A program made the translations under genes and the position numbers. DNA of 64,000 bases from an uncultured Eubacteriales bacterium. Its GTDB lineage: Bacteria > Bacillota > Clostridia > Oscillospirales > Acutalibacteraceae. The stretch's first letter is position 1. Each line of letters begins with the position of its first letter. The notes under the pieces were generated by a model. That model was not told where the DNA came from and did no database searches. It saw only the letters and a program-made list of their open reading frames with translations. Positions 48,222 to 59,329 of this stretch are shown here, piece by piece. The DNA is taken from contig CAZCQZ010000001.1 in assembly GCA_964500965.1 (NCBI GenBank), forward strand, positions 58,168 through 122,167, given 5' to 3'.

Positions 48222-50194
48222 TTTACACACTCCTTTTCATAAAGCTCACCGCGCAGGTCAACGGCGCGGAAAGTTTTGCCGTCCTCCATATTGAAAACAA
48301 ATCCGCCCAAATCTATTCTCGCAAAATTGTGAGGAGCAACGCGCTTGCTCAGCGGAGGCTCTCTCATATAGGAAGGACCGTAATCAAAGATAAGATAGTC
48401 GGTGGGGTCTGCCGGAATCGGAGCCATAAAGCCGTCGTCAAAGGGAACATATTTTACGTCCTTTAATCCCTCCAGCTTCATCGGTCCCTTTGCGGTAAGC
48501 TTACCGCAGCCGTCAATGACATATTTTGCGTTTTTCTTATTCTTGTAAAGAGTCAGAATACGTTCAAAGCACCACTGCCAGAACTTCAGGGGAATTGCGT
48601 GAAGCAGAGGATACAGAAGCTTCATGCTCAAATGGCGGATATTTTTCGACTTCGCCTCGCGCCATAATCTGTTAACAAGTCTCTGGAATCCGTAAGCCAG
48701 CTTGCAGTGGAGCTTTGCCAGTGTTTCGTTATTGCTGGTCTGGTCGTACACAATAACGTCAATAAAAACGCCGTCGGGTATTGAATGGATTGACGAATAT
48801 TTAGTGGAAAAATAAGTATCCTTTCTGCGCACCTTATCAACAACATAGTGACTTTTTGTCTTATTGTAGTAGCAGGAATAAATATAATCATCACCTAGTG
48901 CGCCGTTGTTGCAAAGCTTTCTGAATTTCTCGAAATCCTTACGGAGCATACCTATATCATAGTCATCGTCCCAGGGAATACTGTTGCCGTATCTTAAAGC
49001 GCCGAGCATGGTGCCGCCTGCAATGAAATATTTCAAATCGTTTTCCCTGCATATACGGTCGATTTCACGCAATATATCAATTTCTACGGCTTTTATGGGC
49101 GTCAGACGTCCGGAATAAATGCTTACATTGTCGCGGTTATCGTGCTTTTCGCCGGAAAAATAGCAGGTTGTGGTCTGTATAGCCTGAGTAAACGTGGTTC
49201 TCGGAAGAAGCGGTTCGTTCCAGTTTCGATTCTCGTATTTAAGCATACTGATACCGGCAAAGCTTCTTTCGCTTACCTTTCCCACATTGCACTCAAGGGA
49301 TAACTTGTCCTGAAAACAGGAATGTATCTCATGCTTTATCTGTGCAATGGTGGTTGAAAAGGAACAGAAATTGTAAATATGTCCCTCCTGGGCATAGAAA
49401 ATGCTGTGAAACACAGAGTAAACCGCATCGTTAACATAGGTGCAGGTGAACTGACGTGTGAAATCCCCGTCCTCAATACGGACAACCCCGGTATCAAAGC
49501 ACTCTTTTACAATGCCCTCAAGGTCTACACCGCGTATGCAGTTTGCTTCCGCACCGAAAAGATTGTCAACACGTATAAGCGATACGGATATGCCCTGCTC
49601 GGTCAGCTCACGGCAGAAAGCTTCTATCGCTATGTATTTTTCCTGAGCCGGTGTTTTCTCCTTAATATAGCTTTCAACAAAATAACTGTATTCACGCTCC
49701 GCAATTGCTTCCACATCGCACGGAAGGTCGGGGACTTCGGGAAGCATTACGTAAAAAAAGCATCGGCTCTTTTTACCCTTGACCAGCTTTGAAATAACAG
49801 TACGGGCGGCAAGAATAAATTCCTCCGCGCTCTGACTGTCCTCACAATCGGAGAAAAAGAGATAAAGACCGTTTTTCTGTTTTTTGTCCGGAAGCTCATC
49901 GGGAGTTGTAAAGGCGGTGCTGCCGTATTTAAAATAATCGTACTTTGTAACCCGACCAAGCTCAACTGCCGTAACCGCAGGAGCGATTTTCTTTCTGGCA
50001 AGTGCGTCAAAGGTCGGAATTACAAGTTTTGTTAGAGGGTTGTCATTGCCGACTATCGTGCATGAGCTGTAAGGCAAGGTAGTGATTTTTTCGCCCCTCC
50101 ACCCCTTTTGCAACGTATAGTAGTATTTGATTTTTTCAACGCAGTTGTCAACAGCACAACTGACAACGTCCTCTATGACAAGCTTTTTCATCAT
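48218..50194 (-). CDS. LicD-family phosphotransferase fused to a ~370-aa unassigned N-terminal domain
   Basis: C-terminal LicD core KYFIAGGTMLGALRYGNSIPWDDDYDIGMLRKDF. The N-terminal approximately 370 aa carry no confident family call. Confidence 0.75.
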   Translation of the reverse strand: MMKKLVIEDVVSCAVDNCVEKIKYYYTLQKGWRGEKITTLPYSSCTIVGNDNPLTKLVIPTFDALARKKIAPAVTAVELGRVTKYDYFKYGSTAFTTPDELPDKKQKNGLYLFFSDCEDSQSAEEFILAARTVISKLVKGKKSRCFFYVMLPEVPDLPCDVEAIAEREYSYFVESYIKEKTPAQEKYIAIEAFCRELTEQGISVSLIRVDNLFGAEANCIRGVDLEGIVKECFDTGVVRIEDGDFTRQFTCTYVNDAVYSVFHSIFYAQEGHIYNFCSFSTTIAQIKHEIHSCFQDKLSLECNVGKVSERSFAGISMLKYENRNWNEPLLPRTTFTQAIQTTTCYFSGEKHDNRDNVSIYSGRLTPIKAVEIDILREIDRICRENDLKYFIAGGTMLGALRYGNSIPWDDDYDIGMLRKDFEKFRKLCNNGALGDDYIYSCYYNKTKSHYVVDKVRRKDTYFSTKYSSIHSIPDGVFIDVIVYDQTSNNETLAKLHCKLAYGFQRLVNRLWREAKSKNIRHLSMKLLYPLLHAIPLKFWQWCFERILTLYKNKKNAKYVIDGCGKLTAKGPMKLEGLKDVKYVPFDDGFMAPIPADPTDYLIFDYGPSYMREPPLSKRVAPHNFARIDLGGFVFNMEDGKTFRAVDLRGELYEKECVK

Positions 50195-50227
50195 CGGAAT
50201 TATGAAGCTCCTTTCGGCAAACGCCGT

Positions 50228-51088
50228 TTATTTTCTGTTTACGCCTATGGTTTTGTCGATTTCCGAAAAATCAATTTCATCGCTGATTTCGATGTTCCAG
50301 CGGTCGAGATGTGTATGCCCCTTTTCGGCATCGTCTTCGGGAATCTTCATGTAGTCTCCGTAAAGATTTTTTAAATATCGGTCGTAGCCGACAGGCAAAG
50401 GAAGCATACGCGTTTCAAACAACATATCAACCGCACCCGAAAAATGCTTTTTATCTATAGTCTCACGACTCCAGTAATGCACCGCAAGACTTGCGGCAAC
50501 ATTTTCGCACTTTTCATAATCGTATTTTCTGCCGAGCTTATCCAGCTTTTCGGCATAATAACGCGCGCCTTTGTGCTTTGCGTAAATGCGGAGAACATTT
50601 TTAATCGCTCTGAATTTCTCATCGGGAAGAAATTCCCGGCGCTGAGCCGCGTTACGCAGTGTGTTTGCAAGGCGCAGACGGAAATAGAAAACCTTTTGAG
50701 CAAGCTTTCCGTCGGGAACGCCGTCAATTGGGAATACATCAATAAGCACGCCGAGGTCCTGTTCGCCTGTTGAGTTTTGGCTCATTTTAGTGCGCTTATC
50801 CCAAATCCTCGCAAAGGGTCTTGTCCAGTCGGGATTATTGCCGATTGAGCCGATTTCATACTTATCCCCGTATTCGCTTTTAAACGTTTCAAGCAAACGG
50901 TCATAATCCTTTCTCGGCATCATTATATCAACATCGTCGTCCCATGGAATAAAGCCGTTGTGCCGAACAGCTCCAAGGGCACTGCCTCCGCCGAGGAAAT
51001 AGCAAATATCATGTTTTTTACAGAAATCGTCCACATCGCAAAGAATACCGTAGGAGATAAACTGAAGCTTTTTTACCATTTCATTCAT
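50228..51088 (-). CDS. LicD-family phosphotransferase
   Basis: CYFLGGGSALGAVRHNGFIPWDDDVDIMMPRKDY. The ATG at 51088 lies 9 nt after GGGAGTG. The track GTG at 51100 lies inside the RBS. Confidence 0.8.
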   Translation of the reverse strand: MNEMVKKLQFISYGILCDVDDFCKKHDICYFLGGGSALGAVRHNGFIPWDDDVDIMMPRKDYDRLLETFKSEYGDKYEIGSIGNNPDWTRPFARIWDKRTKMSQNSTGEQDLGVLIDVFPIDGVPDGKLAQKVFYFRLRLANTLRNAAQRREFLPDEKFRAIKNVLRIYAKHKGARYYAEKLDKLGRKYDYEKCENVAASLAVHYWSRETIDKKHFSGAVDMLFETRMLPLPVGYDRYLKNLYGDYMKIPEDDAEKGHTHLDRWNIEISDEIDFSEIDKTIGVNRK

Positions 51089-51129
51089 GTGTGTTGTCAC
51101 TCCCGATTTGAATTGATTACCAATGTATT

Positions 51130-51158
51130 ATTATAAAATATTTTGTGTAGACTGTCAA
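51130..51158 (-). promoter_or_regulatory. consensus sigma-A promoter of the LicD operon
   Basis: Minus strand TTGACA-17 nt-TATAAT, an exact consensus. Confidence 0.65.
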
Positions 51159-51318
51159 TTATATAATTTTATTTCAATACTTTGTCGCCGATTATCGTAA
51201 AAATACATTTGCGCAATAAAGTGGAACAAACAATTGTGAAAATATACCGAAAAGCCTTTTCGTTTTTGTTCGTTGGCTGAAAAATCAACGAATTTCAGTA
51301 ACTTTGTTACGTAACGTA

Positions 51319-51347
51319 TTGACATTACATAGCAACTCTGTTACAAT
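51319..51347 (+). promoter_or_regulatory. sigma-A promoter of the lipoprotein gene
   Basis: TTGACA-17 nt-TACAAT. The 10-bp palindrome GTTACGTAAC lies immediately upstream (51306-51315). The leader is about 95 nt. Confidence 0.6.
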
Positions 51348-51450
51348 TAGTTCACAATTTGAGCCTTGAAAATACTGTCGCGGTTCAGATTGTCAAATCG
51401 CAACATGGCGTGTAAACGCTGTGAAATAAAAAAGAAAGTAGGAAAACAAA

Positions 51451-52116
51451 ATGAAGAAAATTCTGGCACTCCTTCTTGCTTCTCTTATGCTCGTTGCTTG
51501 CTTTGCAGGCTGCTCCAAGGACGAAGCAAAAGACAACAAGGTTTCCGACACCGATGTTGTTTCCACCGCTGATGTTTCCGACACCGACGTATCCTCCACT
51601 GATACCGATGTCGAGGACAACACCGATGACACCGATGTTGTTGACACCGATGTAGCTCTCGGTGACGGCGAGTACTATGCATTCGTTGCAATCGGTGCTG
51701 ACAAGACCGCAAATGACTGGGCTTACAGCTGGGCTGGCGAAGGCACCACTGACGGTGTTACCGCTACAACCGCAAATGCTAAGGTTGGCGAAACTTTCAC
51801 CATCGGCATTGAGTTTGAGACTCCCGCTGTTTACACCTGGTATGTTGCTCCCTGCATCATCGTAGGCGAGGGCAAGACTGTTGATGCAACCGTTAACGCA
51901 GTTCGCATTGACGGCAAGGACATCACCGCTGATGTTGATTTCAACGCTGATTCCGAGGGTAAGACCTGGTGGTATGAGAACACCGGTAACTACTCCGATA
52001 CCGAGTGCGTACGTCTTGCAGGCGGTTACAATGAGTGGGCAACCAAGTTCATCGCTAACTCTCCCGCTGATTACAGCACCATCGAGTATGATATTACCAT
52101 CAACTCCATCGCATAA
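51451..52116 (+). CDS. secreted lipoprotein with a D/T/V-rich repeat linker and a C-terminal beta-rich domain, hypothetical
   Basis: Signal peptide plus lipobox (LLASLMLVACFAGCS). Repeat SDTDVVSTADVSDTDVSSTDTDVEDNTDDTDVVDTDV. GGAAAA RBS. Confidence 0.75.
   Translation: MKKILALLLASLMLVACFAGCSKDEAKDNKVSDTDVVSTADVSDTDVSSTDTDVEDNTDDTDVVDTDVALGDGEYYAFVAIGADKTANDWAYSWAGEGTTDGVTATTANAKVGETFTIGIEFETPAVYTWYVAPCIIVGEGKTVDATVNAVRIDGKDITADVDFNADSEGKTWWYENTGNYSDTECVRLAGGYNEWATKFIANSPADYSTIEYDITINSIA
51541..51655 (+). repeat. imperfect in-frame tandem repeats (GACACCGATGT units) encoding the DTDV linker
   Basis: At least five copies of GA[C/T]ACCGA[T/C]GT, starting near 51547, 51580, 51601, 51628 and 51643. 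Confidence 0.7.
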
Positions 52117-52130
52117 TTTATTTAACTGAA

Positions 52131-52163
52131 AAAAGCCGTCGCACTCAGGTGCGGCGGCTTTTT
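52131..52163 (+). terminator. terminator of the lipoprotein gene
   Basis: AAAAGCCGtCGCAC-tcag-GTGCGgCGGCTTTTT. Confidence 0.65.
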
Positions 52164-52282
52164 ATACTAATTTCAAATAAGACGTATGGCATAAAAATCC
52201 TTCGCGTCAGTCAAAAAGCAAGACTTTCCGCTCGGATTTTTATTGACTTTCTAATTTGAAATAAGTATTAATATGTCCAAAA

Positions 52283-52978
52283 TCATTCGCAGTCCGAAAA
52301 GAATTTCTTAAATTTCGGAAACGCATCAACCATTTCAAAATGCCTGTTGTACAGTGAGGAAAATAGACCGATGAGCCAGCCGTTGAGCAAAGCGCAGATT
52401 ACGGTACCTATTTTAACTCCCACAAAATGCCACATTCCGAATATTGCAAAGGACATTATCACCGCGACAACACAGGACGTACAGTCGTAAACGGTTTTGA
52501 ATCTGCTGAGCTTAAAGCCGAATTTACGGGAAACCTCTTTGACAAACAGCTCGTATGCGGCAGGATAAATATACGTATTAAACAAAAGAGCAACTCCGGC
52601 AGATGTTACCACAAAACCGACAGCGTACATTGACAATCTTACGGCAAACAGGCTCGGTGTTATCAGCTCAAAAAGCAGCATTGAAAGGTCAAGAACGATG
52701 CCGTAAAAAATCGTGGTGGCGAATGAAAGCAGATAAGAAAGCTTAAATCTGCGAACAACAATCATCATAACAATGAGAATGACCGCCTGCAACATGTATT
52801 CGGCAATACCGAAAGTCATGAACGACAGATATTGCGAAAGCCATTCGTAAATGATGTACGCCGGAGCGACCACCATTGAAACCCCGAAATCGGCAACAGC
52901 CATCATGGCAGTTCCCACCGCAAGGACAATTATCCCCAGCAGATACGAAGCTTCCGTATAAAATTTTTTCTTTTGCAT
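52283..52978 (-). CDS. polytopic membrane protein (YitT/YczE-like)
   Basis: About 231 aa with six hydrophobic segments. The ATG at 52978 follows GGAGGT. The track TTG at 52990 lies inside the RBS. The family call rests on overall pattern only. Confidence 0.55.
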   Translation of the reverse strand: MQKKKFYTEASYLLGIIVLAVGTAMMAVADFGVSMVVAPAYIIYEWLSQYLSFMTFGIAEYMLQAVILIVMMIVVRRFKLSYLLSFATTIFYGIVLDLSMLLFELITPSLFAVRLSMYAVGFVVTSAGVALLFNTYIYPAAYELFVKEVSRKFGFKLSRFKTVYDCTSCVVAVIMSFAIFGMWHFVGVKIGTVICALLNGWLIGLFSSLYNRHFEMVDAFPKFKKFFSDCE

Positions 52979-52995
52979 AAATACCTCCAAAAAAT

Positions 52996-53035
52996 AACAG
53001 CTTTGACGTTTGATATAGAAACGTCAAAAGCTGTT
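52996..53035 (-). terminator. terminator of the alcohol dehydrogenase gene
   Basis: A 15-bp stem with one bulged A, followed on the minus strand by ATTTTTTGG. Confidence 0.6.
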
Positions 53036-53055
53036 GTATATTGTCTGAATATATT

Positions 53056-54237
53056 TTACAGTGCGAGCCTGTAAATTTCAAGTACATCTTTACCTGTAAG
53101 CTTAACAAACTGTCCGAGGGTAATTGCATCGCCGTTTGTGGCTTTTTCGGACATTTCGGCAATACGTGAATCGTCAATGCCGCACTCACCGAGAGTGGTG
53201 ACAAGACCGAGACTGCGGTAAAATTCTTCCAGCCTGCGGATTCCCTCAAGAGCGGTTCGCTCCGGATTGCCGTAATCAAGCTCGACGTCGAAAACCGTAA
53301 CCGCAAATCTTGCAACGCGCATTACGTCGTGCTTATATACATATTTAAGCCAAGCCGGGAAAATAATGGCAAGACCTGCGCCGTGGGCAATATCGTAAAT
53401 CGCGCTTATTTCATGCTCTATTTTATGACTTGCCCAGTCTCCTACGCGACCGGTACTGAAAATCCCGTTGTGAGCAAGAGAGCCTGCCCACATAAGATTT
53501 GCCCGGCAGTCATAGTCAAAGGGGTCGGCAAGCACACGAGGAGCAAGAGAAACAACACTTTTCATCGCCGCTTCACAAAGCCTGTCGGTAAGCTCCACGT
53601 TTTGGGTATTTGTAAAATAACGCTCCATAATATGCGCCAAAATATCCACAGAACCGCAGGCGGTTTGATAATTCGGCAGAGTATAGCACAATTCCGGATT
53701 CATCAGCGCAAACTTACAGCGGAAAGTCTCACAGTTGCAGCCCTTTTTAAGAATATAATCGGGGTTGTCGTCGTTTGTGATAACACAACTGTCGGAGGTT
53801 TCGCTGCCTGCCGCCGGAATTGTCAGCACCGCGCCGATGGGCAAAGCGCGCTGAGGAACAGCCTTGCCGCTGAAAAAATCCCACACATCGCCGTCATGAT
53901 ACATGCCGATTGAAATTGCTTTTGCGGAATCAATAACCGAGCCTCCGCCGACAGCCAGAATAAATTCAATGTTTTCCTTTCGGCAAAGCTCTATTCCCTG
54001 ACGAACAAGGCTCAGTCTCGGATTTGGGCGCACTCCGCCAAGCTCGATATAATCAATGCCGCACTTATCAAAGGAAGTGCAAATCTGCGTTAACAGACCG
54101 CTCTGACGTGCGCTTTTTCCGCCGTAATGAAGAAGCACCCTGCCGGAGCAGAGCTTTTTGACCTGATTTCCGACTTCGTTTTGAACACCTTTGCCGAAAA
54201 TCACCCTTGTGGGGACGAGAAATTCAAAATTATTCAT
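53056..54237 (-). CDS. iron-containing (group III) alcohol dehydrogenase, butanol dehydrogenase / YqhD-like
   Basis: FEFLVPTRVIFGKG, AVGGGSVIDSAKAI, and His-rich metal-site blocks (HIMERYF, HKIEHEISAIYDIAHGAGLA). Confidence 0.88.
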   Translation of the reverse strand: MNNFEFLVPTRVIFGKGVQNEVGNQVKKLCSGRVLLHYGGKSARQSGLLTQICTSFDKCGIDYIELGGVRPNPRLSLVRQGIELCRKENIEFILAVGGGSVIDSAKAISIGMYHDGDVWDFFSGKAVPQRALPIGAVLTIPAAGSETSDSCVITNDDNPDYILKKGCNCETFRCKFALMNPELCYTLPNYQTACGSVDILAHIMERYFTNTQNVELTDRLCEAAMKSVVSLAPRVLADPFDYDCRANLMWAGSLAHNGIFSTGRVGDWASHKIEHEISAIYDIAHGAGLAIIFPAWLKYVYKHDVMRVARFAVTVFDVELDYGNPERTALEGIRRLEEFYRSLGLVTTLGECGIDDSRIAEMSEKATNGDAITLGQFVKLTGKDVLEIYRLAL

Positions 54238-54259
54238 ATTGTTTCACCTGTAAAAAATA

Positions 54260-54608
54260 AGTGCGAGCAAGCCTGTAAGCCGGGTTTTGTCGAGAGTGGT
54301 CATCTATCTCGACTGAATGTTGCCATTCAGCTCAAGCCATCTCCGTAAGACGCGACGGGCAGCCGCATAATGTCTCTCCACGATGTTGCATCGGATAGGG
54401 TTTACAGGGCAGCGCGGTTCTCCGCGCTCCGGTGAGCTCTTGCCTCGCCTTTCCACCCTTACCTGCCGAAACAGGCGGTATATCTCTGTTGCACTTTCCC
54501 TGGGGTCACCCCCGGCGGCCGTTAGCCGTTATCCTTGCCCTGTGATGCCCGGACTTTCCTCATATGAGCATTTTCACGCTTCACACGCGACCACTTAGCT
54601 TGCTCGCA
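54260..54608 (-). ncRNA. rnpB: RNase P RNA
   Basis: The minus strand contains the universal P4 strands GAGGAAAGTCCGGGC and ACAAAACCCGGCTTA. The P1 pairing is GCGAGCAAGC / GCTTGCTCGC. It also has the conserved GGTAAGGGTGGAAAGG...CAAGAGC block and a P18-like hairpin GCTGAATGGCAACATTCAGT. Length is about 350 nt. A consensus promoter sits 7 nt upstream of the predicted 5' end. Confidence 0.92.
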
Positions 54609-54614
54609 AAACCT

Positions 54615-54643
54615 ATTATATTTCCGGATTGCCACTTTGTCAA
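54615..54643 (-). promoter_or_regulatory. rnpB promoter
   Basis: Minus strand TTGACA-17 nt-TATAAT, an exact consensus. The -10 ends 7 nt before GCGAGC (P1). Confidence 0.7.
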
Positions 54644-54665
54644 ATGCCTGTTGAGCTTTTCTGAA

Positions 54666-54694
54666 TTGACAGGGAAGATTCACAGTGATATAAT
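54666..54694 (+). promoter_or_regulatory. promoter of the GT2-GtrA gene
   Basis: TTGACA-17 nt-TATAAT, an exact consensus. It lies 22 bp from the divergent rnpB -35 box. Confidence 0.65.
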
Positions 54695-54738
54695 AGCGTG
54701 GCAAACCCCCGAATAACCGAAAAAAGGAGGAGAGCGGC

Positions 54739-55824
54739 ATGAATGTAGCGGCATTGATTGCGTCGCTTAATCCTGAACGGCAGCTCGTAGAGTTTGTCGA
54801 TGGGCTTGTGGGCGCAGGCTTTCCGAAAATTATCATAGTAAATGACGGAAGCAGACCCGAAGCTGAAAAATATCTTAAAAAATGCGCAAGGCACGAGCAG
54901 TGTGTGATAATTAACCACGAGAAAAATCTGGGCAAGGGCTGCGCTCTGCGAAGCGGTATGAAATATTACACGGAAAACGTCAGCGGACTTGACGGTATTG
55001 TGACATGCGACTGTGACGGTCAGCACTCGGTGGAGGACACCGTAAAAGTCGCGGAAATGATGAAATACAGCGACAATGCTCTTTTCCTCGGCTCACGGGA
55101 CTTCGGACACGAGGGTGTACCGAAACGGTGCAAATACGGCAATCGCATAACCAGAAAGGTAATGTCGATGCTTTACAAAACCTCCCTTTCCGATACCCAG
55201 ACCGGCTTGAGAGGAATACCGAACAGGCTTGTGGAAAGATTTTTGAAAGTGCCCGGCAAACGCTTTGATTTTGAAATGAATACTCTGATAGAATGTATCA
55301 AAAACGATATTGATATAATAGAAACGCCTATTGATACCATATACATAGACAACAATCAGAATTCAAATTTCAGAGCGGTAAAGGATTCTGTCCGGATATA
55401 CTGGCCGATGTGCGGCAAGCTTGTCAAATTTCTGCTCAGTGCGTTCGGCTGCTACTGTATTGAGCTTATTGTGTTTACTCTTTTGACGAAATTCGCTTTC
55501 GGAAATCTTCACGCCGGAATGACCTTTCTGCCTCAGGCAATATCAAAAATTTTTTCGTGCAGCGGCAATTTCCTGATAAACAAGCATACTGTATTTAAAA
55601 CCAAAGGCTCGGCGACGGAATGCCTGATACGCTACGCACTGACCCTTATAATGCTTGTTGTGCTGTCATCAACCGCTATGAGTATGCTTATGGAGCTTAT
55701 GAACATTCAAATGGACAGTACATCACTGATGCTTGTAAAGGTATCGGTTGACTTTTTCTGCATGATAGCCAATTTTACTCTACAGAGAAAATGGGTCTTT
55801 ACAGACAAACCCTTTGCGGCATAA
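54739..55824 (+). CDS. family-2 glycosyltransferase (polyprenyl-phosphate glycosyltransferase type) fused to a GtrA-like membrane domain
   Basis: GT2 blocks IIIVNDGS, DCDGQH and DTQTGLRG. The C-terminal approximately 130 aa have four TM segments ending in the GtrA-like FTLQRKWVF. AAGGAGGAG RBS. Confidence 0.82.
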   Translation: MNVAALIASLNPERQLVEFVDGLVGAGFPKIIIVNDGSRPEAEKYLKKCARHEQCVIINHEKNLGKGCALRSGMKYYTENVSGLDGIVTCDCDGQHSVEDTVKVAEMMKYSDNALFLGSRDFGHEGVPKRCKYGNRITRKVMSMLYKTSLSDTQTGLRGIPNRLVERFLKVPGKRFDFEMNTLIECIKNDIDIIETPIDTIYIDNNQNSNFRAVKDSVRIYWPMCGKLVKFLLSAFGCYCIELIVFTLLTKFAFGNLHAGMTFLPQAISKIFSCSGNFLINKHTVFKTKGSATECLIRYALTLIMLVVLSSTAMSMLMELMNIQMDSTSLMLVKVSVDFFCMIANFTLQRKWVFTDKPFAA

Positions 55825-56009
55825 AATCGACAGCTTCTGCTTTGCATATTGTCACGGAGTGTTTTCGTGCGATGTTACGGGCAGAAGCTTTTATGCAAAT
55901 TGCCCCGTCGTTTGTTAATTTATACTGATATTTGATAAAGGTTTTAAAGTGAAAACGAGACGATTTGTAACTGAATGTTTTTATCAAGTAGAATCAGGGA
56001 GGACTACAT

Positions 56010-59269
<3,260 letters not shown>

Positions 59270-59329
59270 TATATCAAGCACCTCCGGCATATTCTTATAC
59301 CAAAGAAAATGCCGGAGGTGCTTTTAATA

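Noticed and set aside
51366-51647. ORFs 51366..51572 (+) and 51393..51647 (-) overlapping the lipoprotein leader and signal peptide.
   Set aside because: They are out of frame or antisense to the lipoprotein gene, which has a promoter, RBS, signal peptide and lipobox. Neither has an RBS.
51541-51655. Short tandem repeats considered as a CRISPR-like or intergenic repeat array.
   Set aside because: The units are about 11 nt, contiguous and in-frame inside a well-supported lipoprotein gene, where they encode the DTDV linker. There are no spacers and no cas genes.
54383-54935. ORFs 54383..54598 (+), 54522..54935 (-) and 54640..55026 (-).
   Set aside because: They overlap RNase P RNA, its promoter, or the antisense strand of the GT2 gene. 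The region is explained by rnpB (conserved P4 and P1 elements).
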